A stretch of 64,000 nt of DNA from Bilabrum cf. latius (GCA_965178125.1 OZ237759.1:434001-498000); one strand, 5' to 3'; counted from the first letter of the stretch, positions 24,828 to 38,261 are shown. Notes: generated by a model from the sequence alone, not told the origin. Program-made: numbers and translations.

Positions 24828-27800
24828 ATGCAGGCACGCCTTACGTCCTTCGTAGACGCCGCCCTCTTTTTGGTTTCAATTTCTCAAAATGCGAGGCAGA
24901 ATTCAGACATTAAAAGGATTGAACAAGCAAATGAATTCTACCAAATGTCGAATGAGCTCATACAGCTAGGCATGTAGGATGATACGGATGAACTCAAACC
25001 GAGGTTGAAGACTTTTCGGAGACAGATTAGCGAATATCTCCGCAAAATGAAGGTCCAACCAAAGTCCAAGTGCGTATCCAGGGCATTTGGGGATGCGTTA
25101 TCAGGACGTTACTTTAACCAGGCGCAGCATGAGGATCTACGTTGCATCCAGCAGGTGTTCAAGTAGCATATCGATCTGGAGGTTCGAGCGAACGACGCGG
25201 TACTGTGTGCATTGCAACATCTGGATAGTAAGACTAGGGAGACCATGAATGCGGCGAGACAGGTGGCGTGTCGGCCGGTTTATCAAGAGGCTTCCATTGA
25301 GAGCCTGCTTTCCAAGGCCATAAAGAATATGCAGGAATACGGCGAAGCTCTGAAGAAGATGCGGGGCCACGGTGCAAAGGTGGCCTCTATAAACTGGATT
25401 GAGCTGGCGCGTGATCTGGTTCAGGCGGTCCTGTGGGATCGACAGCCTCTCGTTGAGCTGTCGATCGGAGCGATGATGCCCGAGTGGAGGCAGAAGTACG
25501 GACCCGACGGGACCGCGCCAGATGATTCAAGCAGAGAGATCGTAGCGAGCGCGGCGGGAGCTTCAGAAAACGCATGGCACGCGTCGTCGGGATCACAGGC
25601 CGCCACGGCCGGAGCCGACGCCGTGGACGACAGCGAAGACCATTGCCATGGAGTGTCCGCTCAAAGCGCTTCGGCTACCGCCCTCGCAACACTGCGGTGT
25701 GGATGCGAGTACGATCACCATGCAACAGAGTGCACTCCACCTTGTTGTTACCGAAGCGCTGCAAGGGGCTGGGTACTCGCCTTACACGAATGGGCCAAGA
25801 AGCACGCGGACGCTGTTTCTACATTGGCGGCGCCCCGCCATAGCAAGACACGAAGTGCTTCCGCAGCAGGGGCAGGGGCAGCGGCGGGAATGCGGCGCAG
25901 CCCCAGACTGAGAGCTCGCAAGACCGAGGCAGACTCTGCGGCTGCCATGGCAGACAAGGGCGCGGAAACGGCACAAGGACTCTCCGGCGCTAAGGGTAAG
26001 GCGGACAACGTGGAAGCCGAGGCTGATAGCGGCGGGAAATTGAAGACTGGGACCCGCCATGGCTAGGGATGGAGCGCTGAAACCTGGCGCGATCTTGCCA
26101 AGGATCCTAAGGGCTTAGTGCTTGAGCTGTTCCCAAGACTCTAGAACCCAGGCCGGCTGCCAAGGCAACTATGCATGCCGAACTGCTGCAGCTGGACGGA
26201 GGGCCAGTTCCATCGTGACGTCCATTCTGGTGATGCGATTAGCTGTCGCGAGACTGCGGCCAACCCTAGGTCCTCGCGTCTTGTCTTGCAGTGTATCATG
26301 GCACAAGTAATGAGACGCGAAGGCCTGGCTGGAAGGAGCAGCGAGAACGGCGGTGTAGACCATACTGGAAGCGACCCTACGACCGCTCTCGAATCTGCCC
26401 TCGTGGAAGACGCCAAGGTGGCAGATCCAGCAGGCGGGGATACCACCCATGCTGCCAGAGGAGATGTGGATGGGCGCTTGGCTGGCTCAGCGTCATCCGG
26501 GGCGGGCTATACTGACCCAGTCAGTCGGGGGTACTCGGCAGGCGTGGCTGAGACGCACACACCGAGAATAACAAATGAAAGCGGTAGCACCAGCGGGCAA
26601 GCTAATACTGGATAGAGTGATGCCAGTGGTGCAAGGGCCGACACTGACAATGACGCCAGTGGTGCAAGGGCCGACACTGACAATGGCGCCAGGGGTGCAA
26701 GGGCCGACACTGACAATGACGCCAGTGGTGCAAGGGCCGACACTGACAATGACGCCAGGGGTGCAAGGGCCGACACTGACAATGGCGCCAGGGGTGCAAG
26801 GGCCGACACTGACAATGGCGCCAGGGGTGCAGGGGCCGACACTGACAATGGCGCCAGGGGTGCAAGGGCTGACACTGACAATGGCGCCAGGGGTGCAAGG
26901 GCCGACACTGACAATGGCGCCAGTGGTGCAAGGGCCGACACTGACAGTGGCGCCAGTGGTGCAAGGGCCGACACTGACAATGGCGCCAGGGGTGCAGGGG
27001 CCGACACTGACAATGGCGCCAGTGGTGCAAGGGCTGACACTGACAGTGGCGCCAGGGGTGCAAGGGCCGACACTGACAGTGACGCCAGGGGTGCAGGGGC
27101 CGACACTGACAGTGACGCCAGGGGTGCAAGGGCCGACACTGACAGTGACGAAGATTCGGTCCTCGAAGACAGCCCCGAGGCAGAGCCAAATGGAGTGGTG
27201 CGCCTCGGTAATAGGCGTTGGGTTGGTTCTGGCAGGATGTTCCAGCGTGTCACACCTAGTGGCGGAGGGGGCATGCAGTCTGCTAGCAGCGCGGGCAGCA
27301 GCAGCATCACCGGCAGCAACAGCGGCAGCAACAGCAGCAGCAACGGCAGCAGCAACAGTGGGACTGCAGCTTGGAATGACAAGGGCAGGCCATCGCCCAT
27401 CAGGATTCGACAGTCACCGACTGAGACTAGGCAGCATAGAGAGGGGATAGCGCAACTGGATGCCACTCATGCTGCTCGAGAAGTTATGGATGGAAGTCAT
27501 GCTGGCTCGGCGTCATCCGTGGCGGGAGCTGGTGGCCTTACTGCATCGACAGGCCCTAGCGATAGTGTCGGAACTCTCTTAATTCGCACTCCACCCTCCT
27601 CACCAAGCCAAGGGGCGGCAAGGGCTGGACTGGAGCGAGCGCAGCGTTCACCAACCCGTCATGGACCAGGATCTCAAGGAGGGCTCTAGTGGTCCGACTC
27701 AGATGTACGGGTCGACAATGTACCTGCCATAGGCTCAGAGCCTCTCTCGCCGGCAGCAGCAGTCTTCCTAGACGACAATAAATCTGTGTCGAGCCAGCTG

Positions 27801-28526
27801 GATGACGCCGAGAAGAACAGTCCAAAGTGTGTCGATGACATTTGGTATCAGTCAGAAGGGTCGCTCTAGTCGAGGCCCAGCCGCAGGCCCGCGGTGGCAC
27901 CCTTGGATGGAATGCCCCTTCAAAGCAACGGGGATCTCGGCTGGACCAACAGCGCAACCACTCGGATCACGGGGCCTGCACAAGGTGCATCGGGCAGACC
28001 CTTGCATGATGTTGATGATGGTGGTGTCGGCATGGGTGTAGCCCTGATACCCCCAAGTGCGAGGCAGGGGGCCAGTCCGACTGCGGAGAGGGCGCGACGG
28101 AAGCGCAGCCGCGAGGACATGAAAGTGGGTAGCGCGAGTCCTGCAGGGTCACCGCCAGCTGCAGCTTCCGGTGGCAGTAGCTCTAGTCCAAGTGGCATAG
28201 AGTAGTCGTCTGGGCCTGGTGACCGGGGCAACGTGGCTGCGCAGCTGTCAGTGGTTGGGTCGGAGCCACATCCAAGGGAAGGATCAGCCGGTGGATCGGG
28301 AGGGCAGAAGCGCAGGAGGACAACGTCAGGCGTGCAGCACTTGCCCTCTGAGCATGGGGAGAGGGATGCAAGTGATGACAGAATCGATGAAGGGGGCTGC
28401 ATGAGCTCTGATTCAGAAGACTAGGACCCAGACACGGGTGTCAGTCGCCGAGCCAGACGACACAGACACGTGCCTGCTACTGCGGGCCCCTCCCCCGACG
28501 GTGAGGATGACCAGACCGGACAGTGA
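24828..28526 (+). CDS. Lineage-specific protein, family copy 1 (helical N-terminal domain, disordered C-terminus with 11-aa repeats)
   Basis: About 1230 codons in one frame with only TAG interruptions (9), ending at TGA. Paralogous to 29833-32989. Start uncertain. Confidence 0.7.
26622..27149 (+). repeat. 33-bp coding minisatellite, 16 copies (A[S/R]GARADTD[N/S][D/G])
   Basis: Unit gccagKggtgcaRgggcYgacactgacaRtgRc repeated head-to-tail, in frame with family copy 1. Confidence 0.95.
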
Positions 28527-29832
28527 GGGAGATGAATTCATGGCTTGCATGCCGGCTGCACAAATTCAGTCGTGGTGTGCATGCATTGCGATTGATAGAA
28601 GCACTGCATGATTTGATGCTTTAGTCGTGCGGTATCGAAGCATTTGATTTTTATCCAATCAATCCGATCTTTGAGCAGTGCCCCGCTGCTAGCAGTTGCT
28701 ATTGGATGAAAAACTGGCGAGCGCTGCCCCTCAGCGCCCGAATAGTACGCGGCTTGATTGCCGCTCGAGTCTAATTGCGACCTCTCAACTTCCACATCCG
28801 GATGTGGTCGGGTGATCCGATCCCCCCCTGATACGAGCCACTCGTAAGGTACTACACCTGCCCGTACCTCCACCTTCCCGGCCTGTGCATCCCCCTTCCA
28901 ATCCGCCGTATCAACCCGATGACCCCACCAATCATCTTCTCCTCCACTACTTCCTCCCCCTTTCCGGTGAACCGTCGTCCCTCTCCCTCCGCTCTGCCCT
29001 CCCCAACCCCTTCCATTCGCCCATCCCACCCACCCCAACCCCTCCGTTCGCCCCCCCAACCCCACCCCTGTACTTCCCTCCCTAGCCGCTCTCTCTCTCT
29101 CACTCCTTCGCATCGCTACGTCGCATCTGAGCCTGCTCTTCGAGCGGGTTCTGCGCCCACCGAGTGACCTCAATTTCAGAGACCTTGCTGGCCTCACCAA
29201 CTGAGTGCAATGCAGCCAAGAAGACGTTTCGGAAGGCATGGTGCTGCTGTATGCGCATATTTGCATCGACGTTGGTAGGTGCTCTCAGGCACACTGGTGA
29301 TACAGATGGTGCAGGAGTAGGAGCAGATTCTTCAGCAAACAGTGAAGGCCGTTCTCTAGGATTCGTAGTCATAAATTTGGTGCAAAGGGCAGCTTTTACA
29401 GAATGCAGCAGCGTTGGAGCGGATACATGGTAGGATGCAGAGCAAACTCGCCAACATCCATGGATGCCCGGAGTAGGACTGAAAATAGCCGCTTGCTGGC
29501 GCTTTTCCAAAAATTGGGAGCTAGCATGGCCCTGCAGGGATGGCTGATGCTTTTGGTTATGGAATGTGGGCAGAGCCCCCTGACTGAACCATGTGTCGAG
29601 TATATAATGGTTATTATGTGCACCGATGGATGCATGTAATCGACTGTAATGCGATTGATGCTAGATCTACACGTTGGGGAGCTTCCTGATTCTTGGTGCG
29701 CACCAAAACCGGAAACGCTCCGGCGGCTGCAGGTGGCAAGACACAGAGTCCATTCTTACAGACGCTCAGGCCATCAACCGCACCCGTTGCGACCGAATCA
29801 TTGTGTTTGACTGATATATATCGCCATCAGAG

Positions 29833-32800
29833 TTGCTGAACGAGCGGAGAACATACCAAGACTTTGCAAAACAGAGAGACATGGATCGTTTGGAGCAATG
29901 CCTTGGAGCAGCTACAGGTAGAGTGCTACTTTCGCAGCATGCCAGATGCTTCGGCAGCATAAATGATATTGAATCGTTTGATACTGTGTATCGCAATTCG
30001 TTACATCTCGCTGAGCAGAGTAAGAAAGAGCAGCCACTCAGTGAGGAGACGAAGAAAAAAATGGAAAAGTCGCGGAAAGCGATCAGTAGCTGGTTTCGCA
30101 GCTACTTCAAGAAGCGCGAGCTAAAAGGAGACGGCAAGGTATCAACAGCATACACGGATGCACTTACAGCTCACGAGCGCCTAGGTGAGCGGGCCGCTGA
30201 CATCCGAGAGTTGTTCAAGGAGCAGATCAGGCTGCAGATGCGTGCGAATGTCGCTACACTGTGTGGAAGAACTTGGAGAGTCAGCGATGAACATTTTCAA
30301 TGCGGCCAGAGAGAACATGTTTTGCGCTTGGCACGCAAATAACGCCACCGAGGCTATCCTTCGCAGCACGGTCGGCGAGATGACTGAGTACGGCAAGGTG
30401 ATGCAGAAGATCAGCCGCTGCGACAAGTCCGTCCGCCCGCTAGCCTTGAGTGAGGTGGCACTTATGATGGTCAAGGCAGTATTTTGGACTCGGCAGCCGG
30501 TCGTGGAACTCATCATGGAGGCGCTGTTGGCTGAGAGAGGAGTGCACCAACCAGCTCTAGCCGGCGCAGAGTGCGCTGCAGTGAGGCGCGCCGGCCAGCT
30601 GCAGGCAGCGAATGAGAAAGGCTCGGCGTATGACAGCTGCTCTCATCAAGCTGAATCTCTGCCATGTCGCTCCAGTGCAGCAGCAGGATCCGCCAGCATG
30701 GTGGATGCGACAAGCGGAGCCAGTGGCCAAGCTGTGACGGATGATGCTGATGGCTGCGCGAACGGCAAATGTTTGCACACCAGCAGCTCACCCCGACTTG
30801 CCACGTGCGCGTCAGGCGAACAACCCAAAGGCAGTGCGTGTGTCGGCAGTGGCGCTGCAACCGCTCCAGGCAGCACGTCGTGCTCCCATTAGATGGCAGC
30901 GATCGACTGGGTTAGCCGTTTCGAGACTTGGATCCGCTGGCAGGCGCGGCCCCTGGTGGAGAAACAGAAGAAGTTCAAAGCCAACAAGTGTACAAGGCAC
31001 GGGCGTGGATGCAGCGCGGGGGCTTATCGTGAGCTAGCAGAGACAGCTCGCTCCGCGGATGCAAGTCGGCCGTCTTTGCCGAATCTTGATGACGTGGCGC
31101 TTTCGTTGCGCATGCATGCATGTTGCAACGGTAAAGTCGACTAGTACAGCCCTGGTGGCCACAAGCCCATCAGGTGCATTGAAGTGGAGGCTAAGCCGGC
31201 ACTCGCGATGCTGTGCCTAACGTCGCAGGTGTGCAAAGCGCATTAGTCGTATTCGCTTTCGCCTGCGGCCACTTCCTCTTCATCGGAGTATAAGTTCCTA
31301 TCGTCTGTTGGCGCCTCGGGTCAGAGCGTGCCCGTGCTGAGCGCGCCGGATGGTGCTGTCGCAGGCGAGTCCCACAAGTGCGCCAGCAGTGTCGATTAGG
31401 ACATGGTTGGCTGCAACTTTGGCAAGCATCTGCAAGTGCGCAGCCGGGAGCAGGCATCATGTGCCCTCGTGGAAGACGCCAAAGCGGCAGATCCAGCAGG
31501 CGGGGATGCCACCCATGCTGCTCAAGAAGTTATGGATGGAAGTCATGCTGCTCGAGGAGTTATGGATGGAAGAAGTCATGCTGCTCAAGAAGTTATGGAT
31601 GGCAGTCATACTTGCTTGGCGTCATCCGTGGCGGTAGCTGCTGGTGGCCTTACTGCAGCTCTGCTTACCAATCGTCCGACGATAACCACGCGAGCTTAGA
31701 CTTATGCTGGCACAAATGGTGCAGCCCCGGGTGGCTTCACCACACTTGCCCGCGCCGAGTCGCAGGCTAGCAGCTCCAGCGGGCAAGCTACCATGGGGTA
31801 GAGCGAGCATCAGCCTGTGGATACCAACGGCGATGCGGACGACGAGGCATAGTCAGAGCTTGACCTTGATTTGTCCGATATAGATAATAGTGATCTCGAG
31901 GATGAGCACGAGCAGGACATCCCCGTGATCCAAGGCGGAGGCAGGCTGCATCACATGCGCCAACAGCGAGCTGCACCTGGTAGTTCTTGTTCGAGCTCGG
32001 CAAGCAGCGCTTCGGCCGCGCCACATGACAGCACCATTGCATCGACAGGCCCTTGGGATAGTGTCGGTACTCTCTCAATTCGCACTCCACCCTCCTCACC
32101 AAGCCAAGGGGCGGCAAGGGCTGGACTGGAGCGAGCGCAGCGTTCACCAACCCGTCATGGACCAGGATCTGAAGAAGGGCTCTAGCGGTCCGATTCAGAT
32201 GTATGGGTCGACAATGTACCTGCCATAGGCTCATAGCCTCTCTCGCCGGCAGCAGCAGTCTTCCTAGACGATGGAAACTCTGTGTCCAGCCAGCTGGGTG
32301 ACGCCGAGAGGGACGGTTCAAAGTGTGTCGATAATTACGGCAATGGAGCAGAAGGGATGATCTAGTCGAAGCCCAGCCACAGGGTCGCGGTGGCACCCTT
32401 GGGTAGAAGCGCCCTTCACACCAACGGGGATCTCGGATGGACCAACAGCGCAACCACCCGGATCACGGGGCCTGCACAAGGTGCATCGAGCAGACCCTAG
32501 CATGATGTTGATGATGGTGGTGTCGGCATGGGTGTAGCCCTGATATCCCCAAGTGCGAGGCAGGGGGCCAGTCCGACTCCGAAGAGGGCGCGACGAAAGC
32601 GCAGCCGCGAGGACATGAAAGTGAGCAGCGCGAGTCCTGCAGGGTCACCGCCAGCTGCAGCTTCCGGTGGCTGTAGCTCTAGGCCTAGTCCAAGTGGCAT
32701 GGAGCAGTCTTCCGGGTCTGGTGACCAGGGCAACGTGGCTGCGCAGCTGTCATTGGTTGGATCGGAGCCAGATCCAAGGGAAGGATCAGCCGGTGGATCG

Positions 32801-32989
32801 GGAGGGCAGAAGCGCAGAAGGACAACGTCAGGCGTGCAGCACTTGCCCTCTGAGCATGGGGAGAGTGATGCATGTGATGACGGTGAGGCCAATGGGACAT
32901 TTTCGAAGTAGATCTATCACCCGCTTGATGCAACCGAGCCAGAAGACAGTAGGTGGGTGGATCCGTTAGGGGCCTAGTTAATACTCTGA
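29833..32989 (+). pseudogene. Lineage-specific family copy 2, frameshifted (pseudogene or assembly error)
   Basis: IRELFKEQIRLQMRANVATLC matches copy 1 IQQVFK*HIDLEVRANDAVLC in one frame. NAARE..MTEYGKVMQK..VKAVFWTRQPVVEL matches NAARQ..MQEYGEALKK..VQAVLWDRQPLVEL in another frame, placing a frameshift near 30262. After that it is open (TAG only) to TGA 32987-32989. Confidence 0.65.
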
Positions 32990-33272
32990 ATTGTTTGGTG
33001 GCTCCATGCCCAAAACGCAAAATATCCAGCTAGCTATGTCCTGTCACTTGTAACGAAATGTAGGGGCGCACACACAATTGATGATGGTGGTGGTGGCGGT
33101 GGAAAGGCCCACCAGGTGCACCAGTGGTCCGCCGGCGAAGCTGCAGGGCACTGTACGACTACCAAGAACGACGAGGTCTTGGCCACCACGTCGAAAGCTA
33201 CCACACAGGGACGGCTTTTGCTTTGCTATCGCTGTATACCCGCATGATTTGAAGCTCTTGAACGTCTGACTG

Positions 33273-36200
33273 ATGCCAAGACGATGTTTGTCAGTAGAGC
33301 ATCGTGCTATGATATGTGGCATTGCCGTGACCAAGCTCTTCCATTACGTTTGTTACGGTGGTGACAAGGCTGAGCTTAATAGCTGCATGACATTTCTGAG
33401 GCAGGGGCAAGGGCTAGCGCTCTCATCTTACCTCGCTGAAACGCCAGAAAAATAGCTGAACCGCTAGCGCTCAACTTTCAACCGGCTGACAGGGAGCAGC
33501 ACATAGTTTGCAAGGCGGTGGAAGCAAATTATCAATGATATTGCATCTCCAGTTAATGGGGTAGCCATTTCACCCCAGAAGGTGTCTGGCTGGCTGTGTT
33601 CGTGTTTGACTGGAACTGGTTTTGCCGAAGCCCCTGGACTTGCGGCGCCTCTGAGGGAGTTAATGGCCAAGCACTTTGTCCGAATGCACAGGGTTGTAGC
33701 GGTGGTGTGGCTGTCTTTGCAAGCAGGCAAACAATGGACGGACGAGGTCAGAGCCCAGTTTCGAGACTGCATGACAGAAGGCATGGAAGGGCGTTTACAA
33801 GCATGGAGGAAGTTCTACAATGCTACTCACACGGAAGCAAAACGATTGGCAAATCAGCTCCTGCATGCACTGTTTCGGATTTGCCGTTTCCCGAAGAGCA
33901 GCTTGTCACAATCGGATCAGGACCGGCTGCAAGCAGCAAAGCAGGCAGCAAACGAGCACCCGTGGCATATGGGCGCGATAGACATGATGAGCTCTATTTT
34001 TAGACAGACCATTCTTCCTGGAAGCATTACTGATATCTTACTGCACGTAGAGATGCAGCCACAGCTACACGCTGCTAGAAGTGTGGCAGGGATATTTGGC
34101 CCTGCTGCAGGGGCTGGTCACGGTGCCAAGGCGGGGAAAGGGGCTGTATCAGTGAATATAGCCGGGGGCCGCGCCGGTGCAAGCCTACGGTCAAAGGCAG
34201 GGGCATCCGTCGGGACTGCACGGTCACGGCTTCAGGATCAGCATCCTCCCCTCGAGTGTTTCTGCAGGTGGAGCGCGGCGATCCCAAAGCACGTCCCTGG
34301 GACTTGGCTGGATCCAGAAATTACTGCTGCGCTCAAAAGACCCCGCAGTAGCATTGCGCGATATGCTGGCCCGGCAGCGCCTGCGTTGACATCTGGTTCG
34401 GGCCATCCCAGTGATCCCCTCACTGAATTTCCCTAGTTACAAATCGCTGACAAGAACCTGCCCGAGGGAGCGCCACCGCACCGCACTGCGCGTCTGGGCA
34501 TGCCATGCAGAGCGGCGGGGGCGCGGGCCGTTTGCAGAGGCAACCGCCTGCTGACGTTCGCGGACAGGATACAAGAGTGGGTGCATCACACGCTACATAG
34601 CTTGCGAAGCTGCCACAATAGGCGCTTTTAGCTCGATAAAGAGAGGCAAGAGATCAAGGAGGAGATGAACGTGGTGCCTCAGAATGCAGCTGGCAGCTCC
34701 AGCGAGGACGCCATGGATCGATACAGACGCGACTGTATCGATGTCGCCGTGAGGGTGGTCCAGACGATTCCTCGGTCAGAAGTGGACAGCTTGCAATCGC
34801 ACTGTCCATGCGGCTGCCAGTGCACGGAGGGCTCCACCAACTACAAGGACGAGTGGGACTGCCTCACCAGGCCGGTGTGTGAGCAGCTGGAGGAGAGGGT
34901 CAAGCGGGTCGTCGTGCCCCAGGTGAGGGAGCTCGGAGCGGTCGGGCTGCTGAAGAACAGCCCGTCGCGTCACCGACCGCATTGGTGGCGCAGAAGAGGG
35001 AAGGCCAATACAAGCATGCGCCCAAGGGTCGCAACTGCTGCTACCTCTGGCACTGCCTCCAGACCACCGTCGGCCAAGGGTGCGCCAATGGAGGGTGATG
35101 CAGGTGCAGCAGCTGCAACCGCTGGCTCTTCTGCTGCCATTGCCCCTCTTGAGGACCCTGTTGCAGCGTCTGGCAGTCGTGGGATTGCCGGTCCAGGCAG
35201 CGAAACCGGGTCATTTGAAGGGGTTAAGCATTTCTAGGACACCCAGCAGCTTGCTGGAGCAGGGAATGCGATGAGAGGCATGCCCGGGGGTAGAGAGCAG
35301 CTGCAGCTGCAACCGTCCATGGATGGCACCGACATTTTGCGAAGCGAGAGTCAGTTTGCAGATGCTTCGAGCGCCTCTGGTGAACCAGACATTTAGGGCA
35401 GTCTAGGTCGCAGGTAGTGGTCCTCTCAGATCTCTGAAGCGTCGTTGCCGTCCTAGGGCTCCAAGCGATCCATCACCAGTCTGATGCGGTCCATGTCGGC
35501 ACAAAGCAGCGCTTCAAGCCATGCAAGCATTCAAAATGGTGCAATGCATGCCTCGGCGGCGGCTAGCAGCAGTTATCAGCTCTCTCGATAGGGATTCGTG
35601 CTGCAGTCCTCGCACGGAGCCGGCCCCTTGCCGCCGAGACACAGGGGGGGAGGACACCGTCGGCAGACCAGAGACAGCAGGTAGCCACAGTCAGATGGTA
35701 CGCCTGCCAGAAGCCGTCGACGCAGACCTGATCGAGGAACGGCAGGGGCATTCGCACGAGCCCCGATCGTCGATGATACCACGGGCGGAACTCGATCAGG
35801 TGGAGGATGGGCAGACGGAAGTGTCATCGACCAGGAAGCGCAGCAAGAGAGGGGGCCTGCGCTTGGCCATGCAAGCGCCAGCCTAGAGGCAAGCCATGCA
35901 AGCGCCAGCCTAGAGGCAAGCCATGCAAGCGCCAGCCTAGAGGCAAGCCATGCAAGCGCCAGCCTAGAGGCAAGCCATGCAAGCGCCAGCCTAGAGGCAA
36001 GCCATGCAAGCGCCAGCCTAGAGGCAAGCCATGCAAGCGCCAGCCTAGAGGCAAGCCATGCAAGCGCCAGCCTAGAGGCAAGCCATGCAAGCGCCAGCCT
36101 AGAGGCAAGCCATGCAAGCGCCAGCCTAGAGGCAAGCCATGCCGGAGCATATAGCACAGCCGGTAGTGCTGCAGATGGAAGCAGCAGTTCCTACAGCTTG

Positions 36201-38261
36201 TCCCAACCTGCCGCAAGGCGGGGTCTAGTACTCGGGTGGGGCGGACAGCTGCCCGCCGACGGCAGTCTATCCAGCGGGGCAAGCAGCGAAGGATGCGAGG
36301 CGCCTCCAGGAGAGGCAGTCATACCACCATTTAGGTCCTTACCGCCGTCAATTTCGGCCACCGCGTCTGTTCTCACCTCGATGAAAGGAGCATTGTAGAG
36401 AACGCACGGCGAGCGCTCCGGCTCGACCGATGGCGCTGGCAATGGGACAGCTGCCCTAGCATTGCAGAGCTCAACTTCGCGCAAGAGTTGCGAGACTTCA
36501 TGCGGATCTACCAAAACTGCCTAGATAGCTGGCAGCTCAAGCCTCCCGACTGGTGAAGGTGCTATGCTAGGAGAAGCAGATAAGGCATGCCGCACTTCGG
36601 TTCGCAGCAGCCGGTCACCGTCCCGGGAGCCAAGCATCTTCAGCCTAAGGTCAATGCGGTCCCATTCAGTTGAATCTGGCACGTCGCAGCAATAGCAATA
36701 GACCTAGGGAGAACGAAGCTTTTTCTTCGGCGGTTATCTTAGCATGCATGCGACGCAGCTGCTAGCTAGGGGACTTGCGGGTCGGTACACGAGGACGATC
36801 AGTTCGTTCAACAATGCCGGTTTGGGACTGCCCGTGCACCTGGCCGGGCAGCGCAGAAGCGGGTCGGGCAATTCAGTCGTGGTAAGGCAGTCTGCTCGAG
36901 GGCACGAGGAGGAGGTCGAGCAGGGAGAGGCATTGACTGGGTCGGTGGGTGCCAGCGGTTCGGGAGAAGAGCGACCAACCGAGGCAACGGATCCATACGA
37001 TGACCTGGTAACATTAATGTCCATGGGTTCGGATGACGAAGAAGAGGACGGTGACGAGGAGGGGACGGGGCGTGTGGCAGGCAACGCATCTGGGCTGGAC
37101 AGGTTGGTGGGGTTGCCCCCCCAGCATGTGGCATCACAGGCCGTGCCGGGAGATGCCAGTGCCAGTGGCGCGTCACCACTGGTGCGATTTGGAGGCCACG
37201 GAGCCAGCATGCGGATGCCACCTGCATCTGCCTTAGCAGGTCAAGCGACCCCAGATCGCATGCAGCGGGGAAACATATATCCTTTTGCTTCGGCTGGATC
37301 GTTGAGCGGTGAGCTTGAGAGGGTTGCAATTGCTGGATCAAGGGAAGCAGCTGCAAGCAGTTCAAGCAGTTCAAGCAGTTGTGTCTCCAGCAGTGCCAAT
37401 AGCACCACTGGTGCATCTGGTTGGATCATACCTGCCAGACGCATCGGAAGGGGCAGCACACCTGCGACCCACGGCCTAGAGCAAGCACGTCGCGAGCATG
37501 ACCACGGCCTAGGACACGGAGCACCGCTGGCAGACGCGGAGGGGAGACGGAGAACTCGCCGAGGTAATGCCTCTGTGGACAGCACGTTGCATCCGTTGGA
37601 TCATAGAGCTGTCTCCAGGCGTGTCAGGACAGCCAGGCGAGCAAGGCGGGCTGGTGCCGGTGCTAGAGCCAGAGTTAGTGCCAGGGCTGCAGGCAGGGCA
37701 GTAGGCAGGGCTGTAGGCAGGGCAGTAGGCAGGACTGTGGGCAGTGGCAGAGTTAGACGCATGGCACAGTCTGCGCCGGGCGACGATTTTCTCGATAGAG
37801 GTGGTCTGGAGGAAGAGAAGTTGCCCCATGCCCAGCAGAGTGGCGCTGCCAGCAGCGCGGTGGATTCGGACGCGATGGATTCGGATGCGGAAACATTCGC
37901 GTCGGTCGCTTCATCTCTGCCGGTACGCTAGCGGCGGGGAAACAAGAGACGGAGGCCGGATCGTACATCACGCACGGGTAGTCTTGGAGGCCTTCTCGAA
38001 TCGGAGCAGCTCGGGGCATGCACGGGAGGAGCCCAAGGTCCGCTGGGGCGCGATTCCAGATCGGCGGGAAGCAGCGAGAGCTCGCAGGCCCTCGGCATAG
38101 CTGGACGATAGCTCGTCCAGCAATCGAGCGGTACATGGGAGGGTACTGGTAGCGATCGTAAGGAGCAGGACGACAGCGATGGGTCTGATGAAGAGGGTGC
38201 CAATGGCGACGGTGCGTCTACTGGCAAGAGGGTGAAGAGGAAACGGCGCAGGCGGGAGTGA
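33273..38261 (+). CDS. Large uncharacterised protein (~1660 aa) with 9-aa repeats and C-terminal basic NLS-like motif
   Basis: One frame with about 18 TAGs and no TAA/TGA for 5 kb. Contains CAG CAA TAG CAA TAG ACC TAG at 36687-36707. Ends KRVKRKRRRRE-TGA. Start uncertain (an upstream exon is possible). Confidence 0.72.
35868..36137 (+). repeat. 27-bp perfect coding minisatellite, 10 copies (HASASLEAS)
   Basis: catgcaagcgccagcctagaggcaagc x10, identical copies. Confidence 0.95.

Noticed and set aside
26507-27466. Cys/His-rich RHCQCRPLHPW or PGVQGPTLTM repeat proteins
   Set aside because: They are alternate frames of the 33-bp minisatellite; the frame continuous with the flanking gene encodes ASGARADTDND.
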